DNA from: Perkinsus chesapeaki ATCC PRA-425
Taxonomy: Eukaryota; Protista; Perkinsozoa
Reading direction: 5' to 3'
Assembly (NCBI GenBank): GCA_013115145.1
Contig: JAAPAO010000101.1
Span: 1 to 64,000, forward strand
DNA length: 64,000 nt
Shown here: piece by piece, positions 22,741 through 36,966 of the stretch
Position numbering within the stretch: position 1 is the stretch's first letter
Layout: each line of letters starts with the position of its first letter
The notes under the pieces: generated by a model
The model's input: the letters and a program-made list of their open reading frames with translations, nothing else
Told to the model about the DNA's origin: nothing
Databases searched by the model: none
Translations under genes and position numbers: made by a program

Positions 22741-24590
22741 ATAATACGGGTATTATTAAATACTAGTTATGAGCAACTTTAATGTTATATGCGTTGGTTA
22801 GTAGAATAGAATATGCCTGAAAAATAAAAACCGATAAAATTGCATAGAGGTGAATTTCGAAGTTTGTTCAGTGATCCTGTGCCATATGGTGCATCTGCGT
22901 TAGTGATATAAGCAAAGATAATATAATTTATATTCGGTATCATTTTAAAAATATAATGTTAATTGGGCATGCTGCATCAGTGGGCGGCAGCGGCGGTTTA
23001 GTATAAAGAGCAGTGTAGGCGAGAGGATTCATGTCTATGCGCCTTATAGCTGAAATGCCTCCTCCTCCTACGATTCGCTAATGCTTGATTGTGATTTAGA
23101 CAGCGGTGATTGAAGAGCTGGATAAGCAACTGCAAACAACTAATGTATGGGAGCCTAAATGTCAGGGGTCCTTGGGAGAAGGAGTGCATGGCCCTAAATT
23201 GGTAAGGAGTTTGCGGAGGGAGCGGTATGAGACAGTTGTTGTTGTAGATATTGGACAGAGGACAGTACTATCTTACAACGTCATGGACGCCACATTTGTT
23301 GAAGATAATAAGAGGTGTGTCATAGAAGAGCATGAGATTAGCTTATTACGTGGCAACTAGGCGAGCTCGTCGTTTGTTTAACCGAGGAACTCAGTTCGCT
23401 TGGAACTTGTATTAGATATAAAACTAAAGGAGATTCAACTCTCCGAGGTACATTCGCTTTCAGACCATCTGAAAGCGTCTGGGTAGGAATCGTTCATGCT
23501 TATAGGGGAACATAAAACGTCTCAAGAGGGCATGGAGTTGACATTTGCTCTAGGAGAGAATCAACTATCGGAACTGCCACCTCTGTTAAAGAAGACATTT
23601 CTGCAAGGGTAGATTGGTGTACCTACTCACCAAGCCTGCCGAGCTAGCATTCAATAAGCCGCGGTTTCCTTCATACATACTCACTATGGGCGATGGTGCA
23701 CTCGGGAGTGTGCGAAGGCTTCTTCTCGTAGTTCAATTACTTTTATCATCTCTCAGCAACTTTCGATGTCCAAGCTACCACAGTTCGTTCACATCCTTGC
23801 AGTGCCACCATCATAACGGAACACACCATCAGTGGTGTTGTGGCGGTTATCAACTGCGCATGGTGAGCCATGGAGGTGGGATGGGAAAAGGGTTTCACGG
23901 CGGTGGATTGGTCAGGCGACTGATGAAAAATCGAGTTGCCCGGACAACTTCGGCGATCAATCACAAGAAGGGTATAAAGGGCAAGGCCTCTGGTAAGATT
24001 TGAATTTCGTGGCGCGCGGTAATCTGGCTCGCTTAGCTGCCCTTGGGAAGGCAAAACGGACCAGTCAGAAGTACACGTACTCTGGCAGTTCGAGCGCGGC
24101 GCAGCAGGCGGCGAGCAGCCCGGTTGATGATGATGAGTCGCCGGATCCACAGAAGAGTGGCGGCAGCTCCTCGAAGGGATCGATACCGCCGCTTGACTTT
24201 ATGGTGGCATTTTCGAATGAGGCTGGTGTAGGCTAGTTAGTGGGGAGGGGAGGAATAGATTTGTGAGTTATCAGATGATATCTAGTTATTGTGGTACGAC
24301 TGCTGATGATTTGAACTCGAGAAGGACACCGGAGACTCAAGGTGAGAGTTCGCTAAGGTCTTCGAGTTGGCACTACAGCGTAAAGCGAACCGGTATGGAA
24401 ATTAGTTTTTTATGGCTTGTAAGAGCGAGTACGGGAAAGGTAGTTAATGGACCAGAACTTCTGTAATTCTGAGCTGGAATCAGGAGGGTTCTCGGTACGT
24501 TCATTTGCATGTAGCGAAATTGCCGCAGAAGAAGGGTGTTGTCTAACACCCGAGACTATTCATCTCACTTCACTTTCTGGCCATTTTTGC

Positions 24591-24654
24591 GCAGTACCGT
24601 GAGAATCCCAGTGTCTTGCAGTGCCGTGAGAATCCCAGTGTCTTGCAGTGCCGT
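24591..24654. repeat. 27-bp tandem repeat, about 2.4 copies
   Basis: GCAGT(A/G)CCGTGAGAATCCCAGTGTCTT starting at 24591 and 24618, partial at 24645. Confidence 0.9.
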
Positions 24655-24739
24655 CCCAAGCACGCCCTAGATTTCCCTCGTAGTCGCTGAAACATCACAA
24701 CTCTACAATAGTATTGTGATTCTCCTTGTTCCTTTTAGT

Positions 24740-26190
24740 GTATGGAGCGTGCATGGCTGGTCTATCCAAGGCTTTTGGTAATCTTGCCCAGGAGACCGGC
24801 CATCACATAGCAGAGGTGTATTTCAAACCTAAATATAAGTAAGGGAGGCGAGAGGGCCGGATGGTTTTGGGAAAGTGGATGGGGAACGCCTTGAGCTCAA
24901 GCGGATATCACAACGCTTGGCGAGAGGGCTAGAGGGCGATGATAATACTTTGTGGAGTGGTGATGCTGCTGTTTTTAGAAAGATTTTGCTGCTCCGATTG
25001 GTAATAGGATGGTAATATTATTATCCTCTGAAATACGGAGAGTGCTAGGAAAATTATGAAACGTGGAGTATAGTGTACTTGGAAACTATAGTAGTAGTAT
25101 AGTAAGTTATAATGAATAGTCAAAGGAATATTACCGTAGTAGCGAGATATAGTATCATATATAGATATACATGAAGTCTTATATATATTACTACGACTAT
25201 CATTAAGAGAGGTTACTCAAATGTGTTATAGTCTACCTCCATCCTGTTTCAGGTCGGTGATTTCTAAAGCTTTTAATAAAGATAGATTGATGGTGAGGGT
25301 TGAGACGCCTATGACGGAATCTGTTAGGAATGCTGGGGTAAGGTGGTCAAGGGGGAGAAGGCGTTGAATGTAGAGGGTGTTATTATTAGGCATTTGCTCA
25401 ACAGTTGAAGGAGCAAGGTGCTACGGAGGCTACTAATTCATATGCAGTAAGTGGTTAAATGGGGACAGCGACACAATTGGAGACATTTGGGAAAACTCGT
25501 CGCATTTTTTATGAAGAGAGCTTTGTATAAAGTCCAGTTGCATTTTCATACTGGGAACAGCAGTAACTGTCAGAAAGAGCATGATGTTGCTGACAATGGA
25601 TAATATTGAGCGGCAAATATCTAAGCTTCAAGCTCGCTCAATGGGATTCCTGTTTCATGTCAGATTCGTGGTGTGCTCGATGTTATCGTTTCTGGGTATA
25701 TAAAATCATTGTGCGAGAATAAGCCGAAGTTGGATAGATTTCCTAAACTGCCGGATGTGATGGCTGCTGATGAGGCATTGGTGGTGGACTATTTTACCAA
25801 CCACAAAGTCGGAGCTCTGGACAGGACAGAGTGAGTTTCAAATGGTTCATGTGGGGCTCTGCTGGCCTACAGGACAAGAAATTATTGAGGAATTTGATAA
25901 GGTTCTGGTAGATCTTTTGCAGCGATAAGCTTTAACTTTCTATTGCCATTCGTGGGGAATGAGAAAGGTCGCCGGGCGGGGTGATTGATTGGTGTATCTC
26001 TCTTTTCAGTGTAAACAAGTGCATTGAAATAAATGCTACTATACGATCCTTTCTTACCGATAATGATATTAATTTGCTGATGGTTCACTACTTGGAGGCA
26101 ACTCGGTTAGTTGGAGCGTCGAAGGCTAAGAAGATAGCAAAAGCGGTAAGCGGTAGCTTCATGACTTGGACTAGTTTGGGTTGTTGGTGA
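24740..26190 (+). CDS. Multi-exon helical hypothetical protein, weak resemblance to the exocyst Sec6 C-terminus
   Basis: GT-AG-bounded open exons (e.g. RSVISKAFNKDRLMVRVETPMTESVRNAG; LPDVMAADEALVVDYF; QEIIEEFDKVL). Family resemblance is by eye only. Confidence 0.35.
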
Positions 26191-27429
26191 CGTGATGTAT
26201 CACGGGATGGAATTGAATGGGGAAGATATGATACCTTCTGATGCGCAAATGAGTTACTTGATGAGGGGGCATCGATGCAGTGATTCAGGTTGTATCTATG
26301 AGATCAGCACAATGGAATAAGAAACAGCGTAGTGATATACTTAAGCAGTTAACGAGAAGTCAAGGTAGGTCTTCGGGGTGGTTGCGTCATACCGTATTTT
26401 CGTATAATCACATTTGTAGGTGGCGCAACTACAATGTCCAGTGATGAGAGTCCTTAATAATGGAGCTTTGTGTACTGATAAAATAGTGCTTGTTGTATAA
26501 AATTTAAATCAGTGTTTCATTAAATGTTCAGTTAGTTGATGATGAGTTAAGTAAATTAATTATCTGGTGGTGGTGTTCGATATAATGGGTACGTGTAGTG
26601 TCGTCTTTAGTGATGAAATGTACCAGTAGGGTGACTCACAAACCTGATGACAGTGATCCACTGGGATCATCCCAAGCTTTGATAGCATTCACTCTGTACT
26701 ATTACTAACAGATTAAGGTATCACTGTTATCATGCTTTACTGGGCTTGTTAACAAACTTACTCAGTTGAAGACTTGAACATACTTACTCATTGCGAGCCC
26801 TCGCTGGGTCAGATGCACTTTCTAGGGCCATTTTTATTAAAAGAAGGTCAAGAATAGCAGATAGAAACAATAAGCAGTAGATGAGCGTTCCCCTGTTTGG
26901 TACTGGTGCATGTACGTGGAATATATTAAGTATATCTTATTAATTCGATTTATAGCAGAGCGTGCGGAGGGTGCATTACATTCAATTGAGCCTACTAAAA
27001 TAATCAAATTTATTCTTCTTCAATCGAACTGGAAAAGCCTAGGGGTGTTTGCCCCCGATCTTCCTTCGGCGACTTGTCGAAGAACGCTCGTCCTAGTTTA
27101 TTTGCTTATTTGCCACACTTTCCACAATGCGATGGAAAGTCTACGGGCGATGATGCTTTAAATGAAATCAAATAAAACATATACTCTTTCCTTAGACTTC
27201 AAGCCTTGAAGCTATGGAGCCAAGATACCTTGACGTGAAGATGAGGTCTTTCAAGAGGCAAGTGTCGTCTCGTAACAACATTGTTGGGTACATACGGTAT
27301 TGAGTCGATATAAGATCTAATTCAATGGCTCCCACTTTTGCCTTGCTAATCTTACTAGGTTTGTTACAAATCATTTGTATCACTTCACTAAAATGTCACA
27401 TAGCGGTTCGATGTCTACTATTCCCGCAG

Positions 27430-27853
27430 CACCGCCCCCAACAGTGAGCGATGCTGTCCTCTCTGGTCATCCTGATGTCAATCAAACGTGTATTGAGAAT
27501 ACAATGGAAGATGAGATGTTAATGTGAGAAACGGTATGCTTGTCTGCTGATGAGATATATCAATCGCTTTACGAAAATAATTTGTTGTAAGCTATGATGA
27601 ATCAAATTTAATTCAGGACGTCCAAGTTTGCTCCTCGATTTCGAAGAGACTTTACGGAGACGGTGGATTCGGCGATGCCCACTCGTGCTCCTCCCGATGA
27701 TGGCACTGTTGAGGAGTTCGATGAAGAGGTAAGCCAATACTTGGCTTGAAGGAATAGAGAATCTTGCACACAATAGTTTCACAGAGTCATTCCACCACAA
27801 CGCATATTGAATCGACATCGAATCCACCGCCTTGGAAATCGCTGGCCTTATAA
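27430..27853 (+). CDS. 3' exons of a hypothetical gene
   Basis: Exon 27617-27728 (TSKFAPRFRRDF...EEFDEE) splices in phase to terminal exon 27785-27853 (SHSTT...WKSLAL-stop). Confidence 0.45.
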
Positions 27854-29086
27854 TGGGAGTCTTATTATTCCTACATTTCTTTAGTATTATCTCAAGATAT
27901 CTATATACTAGTGGCTTTTTCAATGTTTTTTCATCAACCTTAAGCGATAAGTTGGGACTATCCTCGGCCGTTCATAGCGGTAGATTTGAAAACGTAGGTA
28001 GTAATTAAAAACCTGATATCCTTAGTATGAGTTTTGGCATATTATTATATTACCGTAATCAGGGCCCATGTACGGGAAATCGAGTTAGTTGCGGCCCTGG
28101 GCCGCGTAATATTATTACGTATCGGCCTGGGTTACACAGAACCTTCTTGTAACGGAGTTGGTATTATACGTCAACTTTGCCAAGTATAGAGCGGCACTCG
28201 GTATCTCTAGTCTTTCGATTTCTCCTCGTGTTTCTTCAGTGTGAGAAGTATCTGGCCAGTCACCCTGACTTCATGCGAACTCTATGGCACGATAGGCTTG
28301 TACAGAGACAGACGGGTCTGTTGGAGAAGCATATGCAGATGACACAACGTCAGCATCAGGACCTTACAATGGCTATCAAACAGGTAGGGGAACTGCGTAC
28401 CGGCTGTGCCTCTGGCGGCTCTCGTTCAATGTACTCTTGTGTGATAACTTTTGGACCAGCATGCTTCTGGATTTGACAGCTCTCCTGGCCCAAGCTTTTA
28501 CCCATTTAGTTTTAATGATTTCCTCGCGCAATCCAACTTGATGTTGCGGTCGCTCTGAACGTTTCCGACATCACTTAATTCCGGACGGGATTGTTTCCGG
28601 ATTGTTTCCATCCTAGGTGTAATAACCCTAGAATGCATCGTGCACTGATGCTCATCTCACGGCTTCTTGCCACCTGCTCAGAGCAGGCTGGTCTTACAAC
28701 TTGCGGTGCCGGAGGCGCTACGTCAAGACCACCCTCAGTGGTATCCGTCTGTCGGACGGCTTAGGCGAAGCCATTCAGCGTGCAAAAAGCATACTGATAC
28801 AATGACTGATTTACACCTGATTGGTGTAAATACAGGAGCATTGTAGGCATCACGCGTGACATACGTTGTCCGACGCGACATAGCATCTATTTACCATGAT
28901 AAAAGTGTGGATTCACGGAATAGCTCCGTGGACCCAACGAGATGCTCCACTGGAGCTGCTGTCTTTTTGCATGGTAGTCTAATTGCTTGGGTCTCTCTTG
29001 AAGCTGTGGAACCGGTAGTTTTGACGACGGCACCAAACTGATCAGTGTACAGGATCGCTTCATTCCGGTGGAGACTGTACTACCAG

Positions 29087-29111
29087 TTACCGAGTCGGTA
29101 ATACCGACTCG
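29087..29111. repeat. Nested palindrome TTACCGAGTCGGTAATACCGACTCG, same motif as 4354-4400
   Basis: 10-bp arms CGAGTCGGTA-A-TACCGACTCG overlapping TTACCGA-G-TCGGTAA. Confidence 0.7.
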
Positions 29112-29869
29112 CTACCAGTGAGGTGGAAATTAACAACCAGTGAACAATATTGACTACATTAATATCAAGTGATGTGACCATGGTGCGCTGCGGCATGAGA
29201 GACAACAGGTGCACCGGCGCTCTCTGCGACGGCCAATATGTGAAGACAGCGGTTGCTCTTGTGTCACAGCCGCACGCGATAACGTTTGGGCAGTAGAATG
29301 GTAACTTCGAAAGACGTACCATTGAATCAATGACATTGGCGTGACATCTATAACTGCCGCTAAGATCGCCAAGCTGAGGCGAGAGCTGCGGCTTGGGCTC
29401 TATACCACTAGTCATATGTATGGCTATCAAAGTACGAATACATTATATACTATGGTCGCTCGAAGGAATTTCAGTTGCAGTTCAATAGTCAACGGCTTTT
29501 GTTTGTATGAGATGATTTAACCATCGCATAATGGTTTGTATATGAGATTGATCTAACAAACTAAACAAAATAATCAACTGTATAAGATTTCGTTGGCATT
29601 CTTGTAAAAATGGAAAATGCGAATTATATTATGAAAATAAGAATATTATTAAAAAATATCAAAAGACTGTTGATACTTTCGATATTGTGAGGAAGACACT
29701 GCTATGATCTTCAACTCTGTTCCTTCTCTTTGTTTGATCAGAAACATTCCTTCTAGCATGAGTATAGTGTAATACTATTGAATTTAAGCAATGTCGTACT
29801 AGGAAAGACTCGCTACTACTCCTGTCGAGGAGAGATAAGACAGAGTAGACTACTGCCAGCACTGTAGGT

Positions 29870-32800
29870 GCTATCTATGCAAGTTGATGGTATGAGGAGG
29901 AAAGTAGAGGAAAGCGATCAGCAGCTGGACAATGCACGAGATAGAGCGCAGAAGGAAGCACAGGACAAGCTGGAAGTAAGAATGCATCGAGGGGCTTCGA
30001 AGGTTACAGTAGAAGCATGAAGTGTGCACCCATCGATTCTGGCTCGGTGCTGCTGTTGGAACCCATCGCTCTCAATATCGGCATTATATTTGCTGCTCAG
30101 CTCCACTGTGTGATTTAGGGGTTGTTCATGTTTGTGTACAGTTGGCTCTAACACTGCTTAATGAGAGAAGTGAGAGGATAGTGGAGCAGCTTAAGAATGG
30201 AGCTAACTTCGATGCGGCTTTGAAAGCTACTGTGAAAGAGATATCGAAGGCACGGACAGCAGAGGAAGAAACTAAAGAAAATTGTTGTAGACGTCATAAT
30301 TGTGCAGGAGCGGCTTCAAGTGAGTTTATGCTAGTGGGATCGGGGGATCTTCGCTAGCTGAGAATGTCATAAAATGTCGCTTCTAGTAAAAGAGTCATGG
30401 CCCTTGGAAAAACGTCCCTAGGCCGACAGGAAACATCGAAAGGCTTTCTCTTCTGAGATGGTGACTCTGAGTAGGCTTAGCGAGAATCACAAAGAGCACG
30501 TGGCACGGCAGTGTGCAGTACCTATTACAGTTTATAGTGAATCATCACATTAGAAGTTCCAGCCTAGATCCATACATGTGACGTACTATAGGATAGAGAT
30601 TATAGTGAGATTTGAATACATATGCGCCAAGCGGTATTCCTGTCAGGTCCAACAGGCTCCCCATCAGTTATGGCCGGATTAAAGAGTGAGCTGAAACTAG
30701 TTCAAAGGCAGCTGGATGAGGTAAGCTCAGGCTCTCATCGCCCTCAGTTTCTAGTCTATATGGTGGTTGTAGTTGTTCCAATAGCTCTTTCTCCCATTGC
30801 ACCTTATTGCGACCTTATTGCAAACATAGAAAGTTGGTAATACAGTATACCCCTCCGGCTCGCGACGTATTCCGTTGAGCTTGCTTTTTGTGGAATTAAG
30901 TTTGTGTCTCGAATCTCCGCAGGTCCTAACCCGAGCGGTAACCATGCGTACCGATGCTGTCCTAGAGGCAGATAAAGCTAAGCAAGTGGGTAGCCTTCCG
31001 ACAAGAGGCGGAGGCGACAGCACCCAAAGCCGGCTCCCTGCTGGCAGTCGAGTGCAGGTAGGGCAGCTCGACTGAGACTAGCGTTGCTTGTGTGGCTCCA
31101 GATTGGCGGCTATTACGATGGGGTTCGGTCTGAAGTTGATGATATCATGGCTGAAGTGAGAAGTATAAAGTGGACATTTGACGGCGATAAAAGCCTCGTC
31201 GATTGGGAGAAGAAAAAACTGAAGGAAGTCGACAAAAGCACGCCAATGCGGCGCCCAAGAATGCGGAAGGTTCGAACTTGCGTCTGTACTGAGTCGCCGA
31301 ACGCCGTTCCTTCCCGCAGCCACCGCCTGTACACTACTCTGACACTCGTGTCCCAATGGGTGACGGTGAGGCTCCTGCGGGTGGGCTTGGGGTGGAAGGT
31401 GAGTTAAGTCCTGCTCCGCTCCGCTTGATTTTATATATTTTAGTTGCTGGTCATGGACCTCTATCCAAGAAGCCTGCAGCGGTCAGTAAGGCTAAGGTGA
31501 CTGAGAAAGTCGCGAAAGTGCCTAAGGCAAGTGAATAGGTGAAGGCACCTGTGACATTTTTTAGAGCTTTCTGTTAGGCTAGTCCAGCAGTGGTATCGCA
31601 GACAATCAGGGCGAGGCTTGGCCGTCCGATGCCGAAAGGCAGAGCCAAGGCGGCGAGCAGCGGCGGTGTTCCCGTGGTGAAGGCGGACAAGGCCGTCTCT
31701 ACTAGCTCCGCACTGGAGCAGCCTGAATGGGACAACACAGTCCTAGACTGTGAGATACCACGAGAGCCGCCGCCGCTCAGAAAGAAACAACCGAAGCAAC
31801 GACCGGCGTCTAAGCCACGGCCGAAGCACGGAGCCAAGGCGAGTGGGGTGGGAGGGAAGGGCAGCAGGAGGGTCGAGGCGAAACGGTCGGTGCAGGGGAG
31901 AGATGGTGCGAAGTGGAATGCAGTGAATGATTTAGTGATGCTAATACCACCGGCAGTGGCGCCAAATCCTAAGATGATGGGCCTTACGGGCAGCACAATG
32001 TGGAGCACGAAGGCTGCAAGTGGTGGGATACCTGTGCCGCAATTGAGGGGAGGGGAGGATTCTCTTGTGGAACGATTAACAAGAAAATACGGAACTGGAG
32101 TCGAGTCGGAGAGCTCGTTAATGACGGAGTCTTTTATAAGGGAAGGATTGAGTCTGATGGAGCATCACATGCTGCATAGGCCCGACAGTGGGCAGCGAGG
32201 AGCTGGAGATGGCGGCAGGGGAGTGGGGCAGGGGGAAGGCAAGGGGATAGATGGCGTTACGCTGAAGGAGGTTAAGGAATGCTTGCGGGAGGTATTGGAG
32301 CAAGGCAAGACGAGACCGATAATGAGGAATACTGGAACGGCATCGGAGACAGTGGGAGTGAAGGGAGTGGACGCTGGGGTGGGGGCTGAAGTGCGTATGA
32401 GGACATCGGCCTTGCAAACAGAAACGGTAGGGCAGGAGGAGGTGCTCCAAGGTGGTCGGTGGCCTGCTGGCGAGTGCTTAGTCAATCTGAGAAATACAAA
32501 TGAAAGTAGTGGCATTGAAGTTGCTTGCACAGGAGCTATTGCGAAGAACACAGCAGTGGAACTATAGTGCCCGTCCTCTCGCCAACATCTCATATCTCCC
32601 TCTCCAGATTGTGGGATCTATTTCATTGTCAATAATCTGGCTGTGTGATACCAGCGTCCGATGCACCCCTGTCTCAGGCTGCACACGAGGATTCTGGGGT
32701 GGACCCGATGCCTGTGCTGGAGGAAGCTCCTTTAAGGGCTGCAAAGAGCGAGAGAAGGGAGCAAGAAGGGGGGAGCAAAGAGTGCCAGCCACGATATCAA

Positions 32801-33433
32801 ATTCCACCGGGAGCGGCCACTGTTCCCGTGAATGATGATCATGTAGGTGATGTATTATTATAATAACTCTACATTAATAGCTATGAGTAATTTAATAACT
32901 ATTATTATCAATTTGCCTTAGTATGTAGTTTATTACAAGTTGTCGAAACCAATGTAGTTCCTTCATCTTTTACCTTTAGGTTGTCCCCATTAACGAGCAC
33001 CACGTTCAAGGTACACAGACGGAAGCTCAGACAGTAGAGAACATCTTGCCAACTTCAAGAGATGGTGAGATCTCAGTCGATAGCGCTTGGATTTCGAAGT
33101 CCTTCAGATGCAGCAGTGTCGGCTCACCTCAATTCGAGCAGCGGAACCGCTTCGTCTTTAAAAGTATCAGCCACGCAAAGTGTCGACAGGTGTGCCTTAT
33201 CTACACTTATTTCCGGAATTCTGGTCTCAGCGTCGCGACGAACTCTTTGTTGGGTTCAAGCCGAAGCTCTTTGCCTGATAACGAAGGACCTAGGTCACCT
33301 GGTGAGTCATAATTTTGTGGCGCAGTGAAGTTGATTTGGTCAGGCGAAATACGGCGGCGGCAAGAACCGGAAGGACTCACTGCTTCTGTGTCTGAAGGGG
33401 AAATTAGAGAGATTCATGATGCACCGACAACAT
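29870..33433 (+). CDS. Multi-exon coiled-coil / low-complexity hypothetical protein(s)
   Basis: Coiled-coil-like exons (RRKVEESDQQLDNARDRAQKEAQDKLE; LKSELKLVQRQLDE), the 325-aa ORF 31590-32567 and GTAAG/GTGAG donors. May be more than one gene. Confidence 0.5.
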
Positions 33434-33699
33434 GAGGATTTTCTCAATATTCAAGTGTCTAGTTGGTCCCGAAGTGGGCAAGTAACAGTGGACAGTAATT
33501 AATGGCATCAAATACAAGCAATACCACGGCCTTCGCATACGTCCCGTCAGTGGCGTCACACCAGCAGTGTGCGACAGCTGTAGGTCAGCTGGAGGCTGGT
33601 GGGTATTAGACTAAACATGGGCGGATGGAGCTACCTGAGAATCAGGCTCACTACCATCGGCTCCTAACGAATCACTTCATCCATACGACCCAAAAGCTC

Positions 33700-35502
33700 A
33701 TTCAGCAGAACAGAACGAGTTGGATGCTTTAGAGGCTCAAGAATCGGCATACTCAAGGTCACATTCAGATAACGCTGTAGAACTCCCTCATGATGGAAGA
33801 TGTGGACGCAGCCTGGTGAGGAGGCCAGGCATGAGGGCATGATGTTGTCCATAAGGGCCTTGGAGCTACCGGGATATTGACAGCTGCCAGCTCCATTTCT
33901 GTCGCAAAAGGGCCCGAGTATGGTGGAGGAGGACTGGATCTTGGTGGGGAAGATGATCACTTCACGACAGAGCGAGACGAACTGAAAGGAAGTGAGCCGC
34001 CTGCGCTTGAGAGTTCCTGATGAAGGATGTAGCGAGCGCCACTTCTACGAGAGGACCGCTTAGAGCTGGTGGTTTGAAGACCACTATAACACAGCCTGAG
34101 GCGTTGGTGAATGAACAAAGTTATCCATCTATGGTAACCTTGACCGTTGCTGTGGAAGATACGGTATGGCTCAGGCGGGGTGCTGTTGTCCGAGCTGCCA
34201 GTCTAAGAGGCAGCAACTCAGGGGCAATGGCGATGATAAGGGCGGAGCTGCCACATCGATCGATCCGGATCTGGTTAGTTTACTCTTATATGACGGACAT
34301 TCTTTGTTGTTTCTCCCACGGTGCGCACCGAATCTTAATACTCTTATCATGCCCTCAATAACATACTTCATGGACACCTCACTTTTTATAACTCAACCCA
34401 CTTACTAAAGATACAGTAATTGAAGTTATATAGAATGGCTTTCAGGAAATGGAGATGTACCGTCAGACTCAACAACTCGTGTACGTTACACAGCTGAGCA
34501 ACATCCTAGCTCAACGTGTAAGTGACTTCAAGAGAGAGTGCCGGGAGAAGCGGAAGGCAGCACGAGAGACAGCCGATACCCTGGCTAAAGGGGCTTTGGC
34601 ACCGGAGGAGAGCACCACTTCACAGAGGTGAGTGAATCATCGCCGCACTGTGCAGGGTTACCCTTATAGAGAGCTTAACGATTTGGATATCTGGACCTGT
34701 GTTCCGAAGCGTCGCGGAGGAAATGGCAACTCTGATTCACCCACATGGCAGTGCCCGGTTATGTGAACATCACGGACGATTGGGCATTGTGTTGAAAGAT
34801 ATGATGATTGCAGTCTTATTTGAGATCACTATGGTCACAAATCCAGCCTCTGACACGGTACCTACAGAGCACAATGGAGATGTCGAGAAGAGTGAACAGG
34901 TAGCCTGGTGACACCATTACGAGTGAAGTTGGTGGTGCGCAGGGGATGTGCACTTGCGCGCGGTGCATAGCATTGGCCTTGCAACATGCGAACGGTCAAG
35001 TTATGACGGCCCAGCAACAGCTTGAAATCGCCCTTAGAGCAGGGCCTCGGCGAGAAGGAGATAAGGGTGCTGGAGAGCACCGAATGACGAGCTCGGACGA
35101 CTTGACAGATGTAACGGATTCTAGGAGTGGTTGATACTACAGTTGGACAGGCATTAGAGCTGAGGAGGAGGCAACTGCAACTGGAGAGAGCTAGAGAGTT
35201 GCAACAGCATATACAAAATCAAATGGGTCTCTTCCAGTTTTGGATACAACAATTATATACTGCCCACCGATCACAGGAGGGGAATTCGGAGGGAGAGGAG
35301 AATGCACCGAAGAGTGCCCCATTCATGATAACCCCGTATACGTGAGCAGCTGCATGCTCATGTTATCGTCAATATTGATGATAGGCACCAATGGCTGATA
35401 AGTGGAACTCATCGAGCAAGCGAGGAAGGTATAACAGCTGATAGTGATGATGACGAGCATGAAGATGAGGACCCTGCGACACTCTATAGGTGGTTCCCTT
35501 AA
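33700..35502 (+). CDS. Multi-exon coiled-coil hypothetical protein
   Basis: Open exons EMYRQTQQLVYVTQLSNILAQRVSDFKRECREKRK, LELRRRQLQLERARELQQHIQNQ and an acidic terminal exon, bounded by GT-AG. Confidence 0.45.
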
Positions 35503-36966
35503 TGCAGAGTTATTATCAGTGGATACTCCGATCTACAACTAACGAGACCACTATAGGCCATATATATTCCGAATATGATATTGGCTAATCAATCTGGGTG
35601 TACGGTATTCCACCTCCTGGTCTGTTGTTGAATATGCCATATGCTCGTTGCGGGAGGGAAATATTTTGCTAGCATGCTCCCGCACGTCTGGAGGGGAACC
35701 TCCGACAGAAAGTTTGTTATTAATTCTTGTCAGATATATCTCGCATGCTGTCGCTGCCTTGAGAGAATGGCGGAGGGATTTCAGTTGTATGATCGCTAAG
35801 CATGGAAGCTAGCATGATTGCCATATTACATGTCTCGGTAAAAAGATTTCATGTCTGAAGACGAGTTCGATGTTCCCGTGTTTTGTTGGGAACTTGCAAG
35901 GATAGTAGTTCAACTCCAAAGGTGCACGGAATGGCAACATGTGCTGCAGTTCGAGCGAGGCTGTATTAGCGGTATCCGGTTTCCCAGGTCTATCGGTTAC
36001 GTTGGTAACTATGCGAAAGTTAAGCTGGACAATGACGGAAATTTGGAAATTTCCGCGGAAACATCCTTGGTGGAAAGTGAGAAAGGATGAGCCACCATAC
36101 AAAGAGACAAACGCTCGATATGGGCCCAGTTGCTGCAGCTCAGAGTCTTGCCCGTGATAGTAGACTTTTCCAAGGGGTACTGCCGGACATACATTCAAAA
36201 TGCTGTATGATGCAGAATTGGTGAGGTGCCACTTTCGGATCCAAACTGTAGGGCAACAGCAGAGCCGCCATTCTTCAATTGGGAAATGAAAAACGTAGCG
36301 ACCGATGCAGACAAAGATATCAAACAGCTCATACAAATACGTGAGCTATGTATACTTATAGAGTATTACTATACGGCCCACTGCATGCCGGCGATGACTC
36401 ATGGTTTCGGCAAGGCAGCAGCAGCCCACTTAAGCACCCCTATACTAATCAACTGGTGCGTAACTCGCCGCGAGAAGCAGGATGGAGTGTTAAACACTGT
36501 GCATTTACACTAATGTGATCATGAAGCGCCGACTGTTCTACTGCCTAAATTCGAGATCTTGGAGTTCCCAAGTAGGCACAGTGCGCCAGGAGCACACGCA
36601 CGCGTACAGCTGCACGCAGACCCATACAAGAAAAGTTTACTTAGTAAACTGCCGACGCAAAAGTGTTAATATCACTGCCAGTATTATCTGATCTCTCCGA
36701 TATAGACTTCTGGTGTAGCCACCATAGCATGTACCTCTTTTCATAACTTCACGCGGTCGATAGGTTGCGGTTCGTCCGATAGCACAGGTACAAATCCCAG
36801 CGACGGCACTTTCTCCTTTTTTGGCCGACGTCACCAAAAGGAATGAAGGCTAGCGCTCCCTCGGATGAGCTTCGGGTTGAAGCACCGACGTCTTTAGCGT
36901 TGCATTAGTTATTATTTATATCCACTATTCAGTTGTTGTTTAACTCTATCAAGCCCCATACTATAT

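Noticed and set aside
27519-27923. 134-aa minus-strand ORF
   Set aside because: Shadow of plus-strand exons that have clean in-phase GT-AG junctions.
35620-36513. Cluster of short overlapping ORFs on both strands
   Set aside because: No consistent frame, splice chain or recognisable motif; possibly a decayed gene, but not supportable.
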